A DNA stretch of 64,000 bases from Camelus ferus (taxonomy: Eukaryota). A program made the position numbers and the translations under genes. The stretch lies in NCBI RefSeq assembly GCF_009834535.1, contig NC_045697.1, positions 83,826,001-83,890,000 of the forward strand, given 5' to 3'. Position 1 is the first letter of the stretch. Every line of letters starts with the position of its first letter. The notes under the pieces are model-generated. The model was not told the DNA's origin. It saw only the letters and a program-made list of their open reading frames with translations, and ran no database searches. Below are positions 42,319 through 55,404 of this stretch, piece by piece.

Positions 42319-42853
42319 TCCCACCTTTCTTTTAAACCTTGACCAATTAGAGTTTATCGCCCGTCCCTAAGGAAGAATTGTATTCTGTTGTCCAATTATG
42401 GGCCCCTTGCAGAAGACATGTTTAATTGCTGTAAGAATGCACAATGTTCACCGATGATGAAAATATACTTTAGACTTAAAAACCTATGAATCAAGTTTGT
42501 TTCTTCCATAACAAAATAATTGGCAGTTTTCTGTTCCTCAAAGGAAAGTTGTAAAATACTCCACTTTAAAGATGAAAGTGTCAAAAATAATAAGCCTAGA
42601 AGCAAACTTCCTTTGTCTCTCTGGCAGAACTACAAGTTAGCGGAAGTCTTCCTTCCATTTATCACCCTTCTTTATGGCCATGAAAACACCTACAAGATAT
42701 CCCCCTATCTTGAGTCAAGTCCGTATCTAACTGACAGCTCCTCAGTCAAGCCTGCCTGTCTGCCCTGCACTCTACCCGCCCCCCCCCCAGGCAGTCCTCA
42801 TCCCCCGCTGGCTCTCCCTTCTCTTCCTCCCTTCATTAAATGTTAAATATATA

Positions 42854-42940
42854 TTTTTTTCTAACAGAGGTACTGAGGGCTGAACCCAGGACCTCACGCC
42901 TGCTAATCATGTGTTCTACCCTGAGCTATTCCCGCCGCAC
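42854..42940 (-). mobile_element. tRNA-derived SINE (Vic-1-like), degenerate
   Basis: gaggtactgagggctgaacccaggacctc...ttctaccctgagctat. Confidence 0.78.
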
Positions 42941-42964
42941 CACACCCCCACAATTTTTTAAACC

Positions 42965-43096
42965 TTTTTTTTAATTGAGTTATAGTCATTTTACAGTGTT
43001 GTGTCAAATTCCAGTGTAGAGCACAATTTTTCAGCTATACATGAACATACATATATTCACTGTCACATTTTTCTTTTCACTGTGAGCTACCACAAC
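42965..43096 (-). mobile_element. L1 3' terminal fragment, same subfamily as 20573-22075
   Basis: Its reverse complement aligns closely with 21940-22075. Confidence 0.9.
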
Positions 43097-44809
43097 ACAG
43101 TCTTCTTACATCAGGTTAACTGTCTTGCCTCTTTGCATTAAACTGTGAGCTCCATGAGGACAAAGATCTTTGTTTTGTTCACTGACCTATTTTGGGACCA
43201 AGAACAGTATCTGACATGTACTGGGTGAACAATAAATATTTGTTTAATTAAATCTTCATTGAAATAAAGTAGAATAGGTAAATTCATAATCCTTCATAAA
43301 AATGAACACTGCACAGATTATGTTGTACAAGACAACTGAAATATCCCTAAAACCCAGGTGTGCTTATACAGTTAGAACTGATTCTACAAATAAGGATAAC
43401 AGGAAAGTCAAATTACCACTTCCCTGTTCAGAGCTGACACCGACGGAAGCTGTATGTTTAACCAGGCCTATCTGATGCTTATTGTATGAACTGCTTCCAG
43501 AAGGAAAGCAACACAGGAGTCTAAGGGCCCTGCAGTCCGATCGGCTGTCAGTGTCACCATCCCTGGCGGGCAGCCCTGTGAGCTGGCTGGGCCACCTCAA
43601 GCGATGCAGCAAATCACCTCTTGTGAGTTAATCTGATTTGGGCAAACAGCCAAAAGCCATTTGGAGGGAAGACTTGAAAATGGATTAAAAAAAAAAAGGC
43701 TGAGAAAAAAATATTCAATTTTTAAAATGTGTGACCAATTTGAAAGCATCTGGAGAAATAAATGCATTTATATATTTACTATATATCAGTAGTGAGCTGG
43801 AAGGAGAGAGGAGATAAATTCTTAATTTATCAAATAAATAATACAGATCAATAAATATGAGCCAATAGATTTTCTTTCGGAAAGGAGGAATGTGGAGAAA
43901 GTTGTATGTTTGAAGTAGTTACATAAAAGAGGTTTTCAAAACTTTTTAAGCTGTGGAGGACAAGAGAGGATGGAATGTAGTAAACAAAAAGAGACTTAAC
44001 TCCCATTCCCATGTTGAAGACTGACCTTGGCAGTTCAGCTCAGGATAAAGACAAGTGAACTTTGTGCTGGATGAATTTCATGGTGACTACATATGCTAGG
44101 TTTTATAATTATAGTTCTTCTGTTTTACTTGTATTTTGCAGAAGTTGTTCAAGAAAGTCAAAGATGCTCTTATTTTCCCAAACAGTAACATTTTAAAGAT
44201 TCTAAGCCTCTTTTTAAAAAACATGTATATCTCATATACCCTCCCCATCTCTCTCTCTCTCTCTCTCTCATAAATACACACACACACGCTGTATCTTCAG
44301 TTTATAATGCAGTGATACTGAAAGAAACAAGTATTGGAGACGAGAATAAAAGTGAAATGTAAACTAAACTTATGAAGAATCTTACGGTCCAGGAAATTCT
44401 TTAAGCAACTGTTATCCTAGTTGGCATAACTGTTTCTGTCTGCCATCAATGTGAAAAGAAAGGATAATTTGCAGCAAGTCCCCAAATGAATATTTTAAGA
44501 ACAAAAGTATGGGGAATAAAGGATTTTCTTTGATGGAAAACATAGAAATTCAAGTAAACATCTGATCCCTGGATGGAGATGACTCTGAAAAAGAGGTCCT
44601 AACCGTAGCATGGCTCCTGGATTGTCAGCTGCTTTTTAAATTCTCTTGGAACTTGTTCAGTATCCAATGCAGCATGTCTGCATAAACTAGATGCTCAGGA
44701 AGTGTTGGAGCACAGAACTCTGCATGAAAATCTTATCAAATTCCTTGGCCTCAAAATTCTAACTGACTCCGGTACATCAATAATATTGTATAATGAAAAT
44801 ACCATATTA

Positions 44810-45130
44810 AATATTTATTTAGTGCAAAAATATTCTAGGAATAGTTTTAGATCTTGGGAATGATATAGTGAGGAAAAGTTACATGTGGTCCCTACCCTCA
44901 TGGAAGCTAATGGGAGAAAGACAGGAATCAAACACATAAACACAAAGAGGCACAAGGAGAGCTCCAGGGAGTATAATGTGGGGTATCAGAAAGCTCTCCC
45001 GAGGATGTGACTTTGAACTAAAATCTAAAGTGAATAGGAACTACCTTGGCTAAAAGGACAGGACAGTGTATGGGAGACTGAGGGAAAATTATTCCAGCAA
45101 ATGCCCATGAAGCATCTAATGAAAAAACGA
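44810..45130 (-). mobile_element. L2 3' fragment
   Basis: atatttatttagtg...tggtccctaccctcatggaagct...gaggatgtgactttgaacta. Confidence 0.65.
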
Positions 45131-45569
45131 AAGCTACAGAAATGTCTATATAATGCTGGGTGCTTATCTTTAAATAGTAAAAATAGAAAACAATGATATA
45201 TTGTCAAATGACAGAGACCATGCAAAATTTCTCTTTTTAAATACAAATGAGTAGCTAACTCGTTCCCTTGTATACGAATAGAATTGTGGCATCCACATCC
45301 GTCTCCTCTTTCTTTCTACACCGGATTATGTAGCTGGAATCACTGAAGGGGTGTGATAATATCCCTCTTAGACGTATACACTTCAGGTAAATTAAAGTTA
45401 CTGTATTTTTCCCACTTCTCTTCCTTGCACATGGTAGACACCCAAAATCAATGATGGTTGGATTAAATGAAATTTTCCAAAGAGGACTTTAATATTGTAC
45501 AGCAAATAATCAGAGCAATAATGATAGAGAGATCATTTCTTATACCAACTTCTTCTATTTTTAAACAAC

Positions 45570-45715
45570 TAAGAGTTAAGTAATGTTATAATTTTAGGAG
45601 AGAAGTGAGGTTCAGAAAAGTTGAGTAAAATGTCAAGGTCACATTGCTGGAAGTGGTAGAGCTGATTTGTGCACCCAACTCCATCTGACACTCAAATTCC
45701 TGCCTGTACCCCGTT
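45570..45715 (-). mobile_element. MIR fragment
   Basis: aagtgaggttcagaaaagttgagtaa...caaggtcaca...gtggtagagctgatttg. Confidence 0.7.
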
Positions 45716-46063
45716 ACCTGTAACAATGTTAACTCCTGACAAAGGATCGCTCCCCAAATCACGCATGTCTCAGACAAACTTGGGTGCTGCATTCAAACAT
45801 TCCATAAAACAATAAAAAGCACAGATTTGCATAGGGCTTTCTTTTTCTTCCTTCCTTAAAAATAGGACTTTATTGAGGTGTTTTAGCCTTTTCTTTAGTG
45901 AGAACTGTTGCTCAGGAAACTTTCAAGTGAAAATCTTCTAAACTTTGGCTTTCTCACACTTGATCAGTCAAATTTATCAACTGCATAAATTTTAAGTCCT
46001 TGTATTATTATCTAAATATCCACAAAATCTGACTGAAGTTAGGACTCATGAAGCAGGGTATAG

Positions 46064-46205
46064 ATCGTGTATTTCACTGATTCTAAAATCCCATCAATTA
46101 TAAGGGACATCATCAAAACTTCCAACTGAACATGACATAATGCCAAGAAGTCACTGTTCATAAGATATATTCCCATTTTGTAAATGTTAAAATGTGAGAA
46201 AATGT
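46064..46205. mobile_element. Possible Tc2/Kanga-like DNA transposon remnant
   Basis: gtatttcactgattctaaaatcccatcaattataag resembles a CCGTATTTCATCGATTCTAAG-type terminus, from memory. Confidence 0.3.
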
Positions 46206-49200
46206 GGGCCTTAGAGATGGTGACAATGATAGCAAGAGGCTCTAACATACGTCCTCTCCCATGGTGGCTCCTCATGGATGCCCAGCGTTCAGCATCCAAG
46301 GAGCCTGGTGTTCCTGGCTCCTATGTTACGGATGCTGTACCCTCAACTGCCAGGCACTGAAGGTCATAAAACCCACACTGAGATTCCCTGAAAATTAAAC
46401 CAAGGAAGAATGTTTCCTTTTTTATTCTTGTTTCTCCTGAAGTTAATAAAAAAAACCAAAGATTTACATGAATAATTTTGTGATTGAGAAAATAAGCTTG
46501 GGGCATTCGGCTTCTAAATTGCAACTTAAAATAGAATTCTAACAACCTTTGCCCTGACAAATGTGACCCGCACCCCACCCTGCCCCCTGTACGTCTGCTG
46601 TAAGACCATTCTAAAAAGGGATAACATTCTGTTCTTCAGCTGCCAAACTTTTTCATAGTACTTTTTCATAGCACTATATGAACAATGGCCAAAATCCTTA
46701 AGGGATAAGATTCAGTTTCCAAAATAATTCTATATATTAAGCATTTTAATGTTGTACTCACAACTCTATTTCTACATGAGTACATACATTTTAATTTTCC
46801 AAGTTTTTATGTTAATACTTGTAAAATTCTGCATTGAAGCAAACAATTTAAGACTATAACCACATGTTAAAAATGGATTCAGGCTTTTGAAGCTTTCATT
46901 TTAAAAGAATTTAAGATCTAAGTCAAAGTTTAAGTTCTTTAAAGGGCACGATATTATGCAGTAATAAGCTTAATTTCAGAGCGTATGTATCACTAAAGCT
47001 AGCTGAACTGGGACTATATGAAAAAATGCACAGTCTCACAATCTTCACGTGCTTTTTAAGTGAATTATATTATTATATACTATAGATTTCTTATACTAAA
47101 AGTATAATATAAATGAAACCACTTTGGGTTGGGTTGTGCAGTAAGTTCATATGAATCTCCAAAAACATACAGGATGTGTGACAAATCCATGGTAATCCAC
47201 GCTGAATGCCCAATAAAGAGGAGAAAAGTAAAGTAGACACCGGCAGACTTCTAGATTTAGGACATCAGAGCCAGACTACTTCTTGGCAACGGAGGCCCGA
47301 GTCACAATACAAGACACGGCGGAGACCTAAAGTCATTTCCTGGCTCCTAACCCAGAGTTCCACTTACTGGCCACTCTCTATTGTGCTTTGGAGAAAGTAG
47401 CCCATTTTTATTGGTTTCTGAAATATCTTTGTATGATCAAAAATTCTTCCTACCTGTTTTGCTGTTCTGCTCTTTACAATGAAATACAACTTCTCTCATT
47501 AATGTGATAGAATATATTGATATGGGTAATTATTAATATGTGATAGAATATATCTATGACCTCACAAACAATTTTTTCTTTATCCAGAGTTTGTTTGAAG
47601 CCTAAAACACCTAGAAGTCAACCACTGTGCCACAGTTCTGTGGTTTGGCTTGTCTTTGTCCTTTAAATGTCCATCCAACCCTCAGGAGAGCGCATTTACT
47701 CAGCTAAGACCTTTACCATGTGCCCAGCCCACTGCCAGGTTCTGTCTGCATGGCCTTCACCTTCGAGAAGTACTAAGCAGTAGCTTGAAGTCAAAAGACT
47801 TCAAGAAAATAGGTCTCAGATGGACATGTCAGGATAACTCACAAGCTTGCAGGAACTAGAAGCCCAATGCTAAAACTAGTGCCAGCAAGAAAAAAGGAAT
47901 GCTATCCTATGTGTTTAACCAAATAAAACCTCAACGAGCTCCTTTACAGCCAGATGTTGCTGAAAGAACTTGATATTTGGCATCTCGAGTTCCAGCAGCA
48001 TTCTCATTAGCTGTATGACTTTAATAGCCCCAGAACGTGTAGAACTTCTACATCTATAAACTCAGATACACACCTGCTTCATAAGCTGCTATTCTTCCTA
48101 AGAAAAGCTGGCACACAGACAAAATACTACAGTGGGGCAGAATTTTTCTTCCTTTGGTGCATTAAGCAACAGTGGAAACTCTGCCAAAACTCTGCCAACT
48201 CATGCCAGCAAGAGTGGCTAAGTCGAATGCATGACCAAGCAATCCCTTCTGCAGGTGAGGGATGTGGAGGTCATGTGTCGGTGTCAGATTTAGTCTCTGA
48301 CAGTCTTTTCCTATTTTGTTAACTCCATTTGTCAGCTCACTGACATCCCTTCCTCTTTCTTTCCAATGGCATCTTCTTCCTATCTACCGCATCTATCAGA
48401 ATATGAACGATCATGAAGAAAAAACAAGCAGTATTTAATAACAGCAAAAACGTCAAACGTCTTTATTCATTAAGTCATAACTAAGGTAAAATTTCCCTGA
48501 ACCAAAATTCCAAAGAACGAGGTTATTCCCATCAGAGCCTTTTCCACCTTGTACAAAAACTAGCTGTGTACTAGCAGATTTTCTGTAAGTTCTAGACAAG
48601 AATAACTGGTCTTGTTTTTCTCCATGTCTCTAAAGTCCAGCTCAGTTCCTACAGAGTAAGTAGGGGATTATAAATCAAGTGAAGTTTAAAGTCTTGGATA
48701 AAAGTTTATCTGATTAAATTAATTCAATAAGAAAGGAAATTAGTTTGACTATGATATCCGTTTATAATCTAAAAAAAATACACACAGATATTCCTGAATC
48801 TATTCACAGATGGAGTAAAAGCTTCTGCCATCTGGTTTATAGGTGAAATTACTTCATTTCATATATAATTAGATGATGTATGCACTTATCCAAAATGTAA
48901 AGATTTCCTATGTTAAAGAAATGCAAAATTAGTGATAAACTTCAGAGCCTGCACTGGAAATCTATGCCATTTCTACCTCACCTCAGTTCTTAAAAATACA
49001 GCATCAAAAATAAAACCACAGGTTACTAAGCAAAAGAGTTTCCAAGATAACTGATTACTTTTGTTGAATAAATACCTCATAGTTAAATTATATTAAATAT
49101 GGAAATGAGTTTCACTTAAAATTCATACCAAAAAAGTTAAAATTTATGAACAGAATATGAAATATTAAACACAGATGACATAGATATGCCCTTGGAAATA

Positions 49201-49649
49201 GCATACATCTCCAAAGCAAATGCTCACAGGGAACATTCTGCTTGGGTTAGGTTTATTTTTATAGTCCGTTGCTAACACAATGACATGCTTTAAAGGTTTT
49301 GTCAAACAACAGAACTGACTTTAAAAAAAAAAAAAACAACTGTACTAAATAAATTCTCCTGATAGAGGTCAAATCAGGATATTTTGAAGGTTTTTTTTTC
49401 TTAATTGCAGTAATCGTGGCAGTATTATTCAGATAAGGAAAAAAATCCTAAAATTTTACTATACCTAAAAATAAGTAAGTAATTTATTACAGAGGAAAAT
49501 AAATTAAAATGCCATTCACAGCGAGAGTAACAGTATTCATGTAATCATTTACCTTCAAGAAACATTTTAAAACTTACTTCCTTGTTTACAGGTTGTAAAT
49601 ATCAAAAAATTAGCACGTCCCTTATTTTCTATTATTAGCTATAATTGTT

Positions 49650-50300
49650 TAGTTTTGGGCTTCTGGCTTGAGCATTAAAATGCCATTTATGGATACATGA
49701 AAGAATGAACAGGTTTAGGGAGTAGACATCGAAAATCCACTTTTGAACATGTTAAGTCTGAGGTTTCTGTGAGGATACCCAAGGAGACATTTCAGAAAGG
49801 CACGTGGATCAGCGAGTATGGGGCTGCAGATGTAGCATGAAATGAATGAGCAACAGCACAGTGACTTAGAGTCATGGACCTGGGTATCCAACTGCATGGC
49901 TTGGAATCCTAACTCTGTCACTTAGTAGCCACTGGCCTTAATGAGTTCTCTAACTCTGTGCTTCAATTTCCTTATATCTAAAATTGAATAATAAACAGGT
50001 GGACGTGAGGATTAAATAAATGAACACACATAAAGGAACGTCTAATTGTGCTCACTGAGTGCTAAGTTTTGACTATTAATATTCTCCCCAGTAACTCTAG
50101 TAGCTGTTACAGATGATATGCAGTCTTTGAGGGGACAGAGAGTCTGAAGACAGAGAGGAGACCCCAAGTCCAAGCCTTGAAGAACCCCAAGACTAGAAGT
50201 CAGGAAGACAACAAAGGGAACCAAAATGCTCCCTGCCTGTGAGGTAGGAAAAATACACCCGGCAGGTGTCATGGAAGCCACGGACGGGAGGCAGTCAAGA
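49650..50300 (-). mobile_element. L2 fragment interrupted by a plus-strand MIR (~49845-50075)
   Basis: Reverse-L2 phrases ttttgaacatgttaagtctgagg and gagagtctgaagacagag...ccaagccttgaagaacccc flank the MIR core ggaatcctaactctgtcacttagtagc...tctgtgcttcaatttccttatatctaaa. Confidence 0.7.
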
Positions 50301-50649
50301 AGGCCCAAGTCCTTGGTGACCTAGACTCTCACCCAGCCAGCTGGCACCGTGCAGCAAGGAGGGCTCCCTAGTGCTCGTGACCCTCCACATTCAGGTCCAG
50401 TTAGATGCCCAAAGACGAAGAAAATGTCTTTGACGGCATAGTCTTTAGGAATTTTCTTCCTGGTGTTTTAGCATCCCATTAAAAATTTTTTTTCACCTCT
50501 AAGTCTATTTCAACAAATAGAAGTATTTTTTTTTAAACAGAGAATGTCTTCATTAACCCAGGAGACACCATAAGAGATAGTAATCCTTCCAAAATACAAC
50601 ATTTTCATTAAATATTCTTATAATTTTATTCATCAATTATACCTCCCTG

Positions 50650-50652
<3 letters not shown>

Positions 50653-50692
<40 letters not shown>
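50653..50692. repeat. (AC)20 microsatellite
   Basis: Read directly. Confidence 0.97.
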
Positions 50693-50695
<3 letters not shown>

Positions 50696-51629
50696 TGAGT
50701 AATCCTGTTTTTGAAGGTCTAAGAAAAAAGGAAGGGCTTCTGTAGAGATCCGGAATAGAGAAAATACGTATGTGGCCAGTAGGTAGAATCTTAGCAACAT
50801 TAAAAGACTAGAGTGTGTTATTTTCTCAAGCACAGCTTCCCCCTAGGTCAGATTCCAAAAATAAGCCATCACTCTAAACTCATCTGTTTATTACTTTGAA
50901 AAGTTTCACTAAAGGAAGCCCTTATGCTGCTGAGGAGCTAGTATTTGGTTCGATCAAACAACTTAGACAATTAGAAAGCATACACCTTCAGTGTGTGCAT
51001 GAAATGTGTATAGACATTTGAGGGGAGGCCTGGACTAACATCTGAAACCTTTTTTCCACCAAAAGCCCCCGAAATACCAGGTTTCATTTTCAGGAACGCA
51101 TTACTGAAAGATAATTTCATGGTTACTATTAAATGGTGATAACAAGAAGGTGGTCACACACTCTGGTCTCGGGTCTGAAGAACCGTTGAGTTTAGTGCCA
51201 TTCCATGCAGGCCTGACCCAGGGCAGCTGTCTCATGGGGAGGGGGCAGGGAGCAGAGCCTTTTGCTGGTATGCAGCTGAAAACTGCAAATTCATTGCCAC
51301 GAACAAGGCACACTGGAGCTAACCCTGCCTACATCCCATATTGAGACAAAATTCTGTTGCTGCCTAGACTTCTTTCAAGGTAGAACTGTCATCTTTTCCA
51401 GACTGAAAATAACAAGTCACTAGAGAACAACTCAGACAGCATGGGAACGAGCCGGGTGGGGAGGGCACATCTGCAGCGATCCCATCCCCTGGGGGGAGTC
51501 ATTCTTCCAGGTACCCTTATGTTAATATATTTCCCTCAACTTTAGGATTCATATTTTTAACTTCTCACATTTCTGAAATCTGTATGCAACTTCAAATGGA
51601 CACATACAGTTACAGCAGTGTTTGTCTTA

Positions 51630-53260
51630 TTAATATATCATGTTACACAGCTGTTACAAAGAGTGGGGCATCTCTATAGGTAGCAACATGGGTGGAATGC
51701 CAGACATATTAACTGGAAAAAGTAAAGTGTGGGGAAGAGTGTGCATGCTACACTGCCACTTATCTGTTTGTTTTAAAGGATGGATGCTCATATGCTGTTA
51801 TATGCATATTTCCTTTCTAGAAGGAATCACAAAGAACGGGTAGATTGTCTGTAAAGGGGAGGAAGAGGACCTTTGTGGTCTGTGGGGTAGGAAGGGATCT
51901 TTTTTCATTGTATACCCTTTCCATCTTTTGCATGTTGGTGTTTTACTTATTTAGAAGTAACTGACCCATTAAAAAGCAAAAAAAAAAAAAAAAAACTACT
52001 ACATGTTGTTATGGATACATGCATATGAAGTCAATATGTAAAATCACATATGGGAAGAGTACATATCAAATTCATTCGTGTTTGTGCCTGAAATGGGAGG
52101 AAAGAGAAGAATGGCTTGATTCGAGGACACATCCTATGTGGCTATGAAGTTTTAAATCTCAGAAAATGATCTTAAGCAAATATGACAAAATATTAACTTT
52201 TGTTAATGATGGTGGTATGTACAGGAGGGTGATATAATTCACTAGGACTTTAAATTTTGCTCAAAGGATAAATATTGAAATAAAAAATATATCTCATGGA
52301 TACTACGACACAGCCATCAGAACTACTAAAATTAAAAAGACAACAATACCAAAGGTTGGAGAGGATGGAGAGCAACTGGAACTCTGATCAATGTTAAAAG
52401 GACTGTAAAATTGTACAAACACTTTGGAAAATGGTCTGGCAGTTTCTTATAAAACTAAATAAACATGTACCTCATTAGCCAGCAATGTGCTCATGGGTAT
52501 TAATCCAAGAGACAATACATGTCCCTGGAAAGACTTGTAGTAGAATTATTTATAGAAGCTGCTTTATTCACAAAAGCCTAAAAGCAGAAAAGCCCAGGTG
52601 TCCATAAACAAACTGGTATATCCATACTATGAAATACATTTCAGCAATAAAGAAGGAACAAACCACTGATATACTCCACATCATGATGGCTCTCTAAAAC
52701 TTTATGCTGAGTGAGCGAAAGAATGCATACTCTGCAAGCCTATTTATATGAAGACCTAGAACAGGCAAAACAAATCCATGGTGGAAAAAAGTCAGAACAA
52801 TAGTTGTTGGAGGAGGAAGGTTGTGAGAAGGGCTGGGAGGCTGACTGGGTAAGGGCATAAGATAACTGTCTAGGTTCTAGGGTGACAGCACAGTTCATAT
52901 CTTGATAGAGGTTTGGATTACACAGGTGTATGCACTTGCCACCATTCAGTAAAATGTTTAATTATGACATGTGCATTTTATTATAAATGATTTTCACCTC
53001 AAAAGGAAAAAGAATCTGTAATCAAATATTGAACTCTGGCTAATGCTATGCCTGCTGGACTGTTTAGATGACAGTGTACTGATATCTGCAATTTACATTG
53101 AAATGCATAAAAAAAAGATGGCTTGATGGACAGATGGATCAGTGTGTGATAAAACAAGTATAGTTAAATGTTAATGGCAGAATCTAGGCAGCAGGTATAT
53201 GGAATATTCTTTCAGATTTTTCTGTATGTTTGAAAATTTTCATAATAAAGTATTGAGAAA
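51630..53260 (+). mobile_element. Cluster of ancient L1 3' ends (L1MC/L1ME-like)
   Basis: 52295-52800 has decayed ORF2-end phrases (ggttggagaggatggagagcaactggaactct; actttggaaaatggtctggcagtttctt; ccatactatgaaatacatttcagcaataaa). The 3' end is tgtatgtttgaaaattttcataataaa. Confidence 0.75.
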
Positions 53261-54588
53261 TAGCCAGTTAAAATAACTAGTTATTATTTAACACATGTAT
53301 ATCACATATAGTATGGATCTCTTTGTCATTACATACTGGTCTATTTTACGAAGCATGGAGATTTTAAAGAGAAATTTATGAGCATTATATTAAATTTCTG
53401 GGACCATCATAGAAAACATCATGCCTAAAATAAGTAAATACTGAATGCACTTCTTGGTTTACAAATATGAGACCATACTGCATGTAAGACTGGCTTCTAA
53501 GAACAGCCCAGTCTTCTCTGCCCAGCTCTAACCAGTTTCCTGGACTCCCCAAAAGAAGAGAGGACAGGATTCTGCCACACTCATAAGAAGAGTGAGTGTA
53601 CATCTCAAAGGAGATGAAAGCCACTTTGCACGTGGACACCACGCCCGTCCCCGCTCTTTCTTCCCTCCCGGGGGGAACATAAAGCAGGCCTCCCTCCCCT
53701 TCCTCCACCACTTTACCCCCCATCCCAGCTGGCATGGCCAGCCCAAGGAAGGGTACAAATCTCTTCTCTCTTACAGATGCTCTGCCTCTTGCTCATGCGC
53801 ATTAGATCAGGGACCTCAAAGGATCACTGGACCCAAGCTGAGGTTTAAGTGGGGAAGAGAATCTGAGATGTTAGCTTTTAGCAAGCTTACAGGACCACTG
53901 CAAGATGGCTACAGTCAAAGCTCCAGCCAGAAGTAAGGCTTTTCTTCACCTCCTATCCGACGGGCTCTGCTACAGTACCTTGTGTCTGTCTCAGTGTGCA
54001 TGTGGGTACTCTCTACTCAGGGACGTCAAAAGGAGGAACGGCAACTGCGCTGAGTGGACATCTTGATCACAGTGTCTACTGACAGCATCATAGTATCAGA
54101 AATTTTCAACATACACCACTTCTTGTCTTTTTCCCCACTTAACTGTAAATTGGGCACATCTTTCCCATTTGAAACAGACAGATTTATTTACCTTAGCTTT
54201 CTAATCACGCTGACTTTAAGTAGGAGTTTATGAGCATGTTGGCCCAGTGATTACTAAAGCAGCTGCAGTAAGACCAAGGACCTTAAGGCTCTATTATCTT
54301 CCTTTACCAGAACACCTAGATATTGGGGCCCTGGACTAGGGTATAAGGGCCTCACGAGAGGTCTTGGTATTTGTCACTGTGTGGCAGCCCATATTTCCTG
54401 TGTGTGTGCTTGTTACAGTAGGCCAAAAAGTGACCCAGTCCATCAGTGTTTGGAATACAGGATGACAAAGGACATAGTTTGTCAGATTTTTGCTTTCTTA
54501 TTTTTTTGAATCATGCACGGGAAAATAATGATGAAAGGAGAACTTGGGAACTGATAAATTACTGAATTGCTATTTTTATCACTCTTAC

Positions 54589-54716
54589 CTCGTTTGAAGG
54601 AATCGTGGCAAAGGGTTTGATGACCGCAGCTAATGGGAGCTGAGCTTGCTTGGCCATATCTGACGTGCACGGGAAACAGTATGTTGTGCAGCGGATGTAT
54701 CGAGGACTAGCATTGC
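54589..54716 (-). CDS. SEC24D: SEC24D coding exon (~exon 8), 128 nt; (G)[42 protein letters not shown]
   Basis: Acceptor tgtttcag|GC, donor GAG|gtaaga, phase 1/0. Translated by hand; followed by a 20.8-kb intron. Confidence 0.96.
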
Positions 54717-55404
54717 CTGAAACATTCAAAGTGCACGCTTAAGATCTGCTTAGAAGAAAAGCTGCCCTATAGTATTTAAATATTTATAAAGGTACTTCTA
54801 GATAATGAATTGCCTTATTTGTAAAACTTTATGATTTCTTAAAAACAAAAGTAGTATTGTGTAATTCTACAGTCTGTTTTCCAGGGACACTATAGTTTCT
54901 TGTAAAATAAAACACTCTGAATTCTACAGCAAAAGTAGAATTTTAAGTTTATTATTATTATTTTCCATAAGCAGGGTATTGATATAGCCACTCATCGACT
55001 CAAAAGGTGTTTAGATTCAGTGGAAGAAATAAAGCAAAGGCCTAAAACATAAGAATACAATTTCTTCTTCACCCTCTTCTATCAGCACATCTGCTATGGG
55101 AAAGGTGAGCATCCGTTTACCATCTCATATCAGCAAGGTACACTTTGTCTAATACAAACCCACTTGACCATGTCTTTTTTTTTCTGAAACTTGAAATTCA
55201 ATTTAGAAATGAATACAGAAATATAATTTTTTAAAAACCCTAATCTATTTTTAAAATACATTACATTTCCTGAACAAATTTTTTTCATGGCATATGTGAG
55301 TATTAAAATAATATCCATGGCATGGAGAGTATTTTTAAATCACTAGAATAACTTACCTAAAATAAATTTTGAAATTGTAATACATTTTGACAAAAGAACG
55401 TAAT

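Noticed and set aside
47502..47553. 16-nt direct repeat atgtgatagaatatat (also an 11-nt tandem repeat near 48176)
   Set aside because: Short AT-rich slippage-type duplications that are common in introns.
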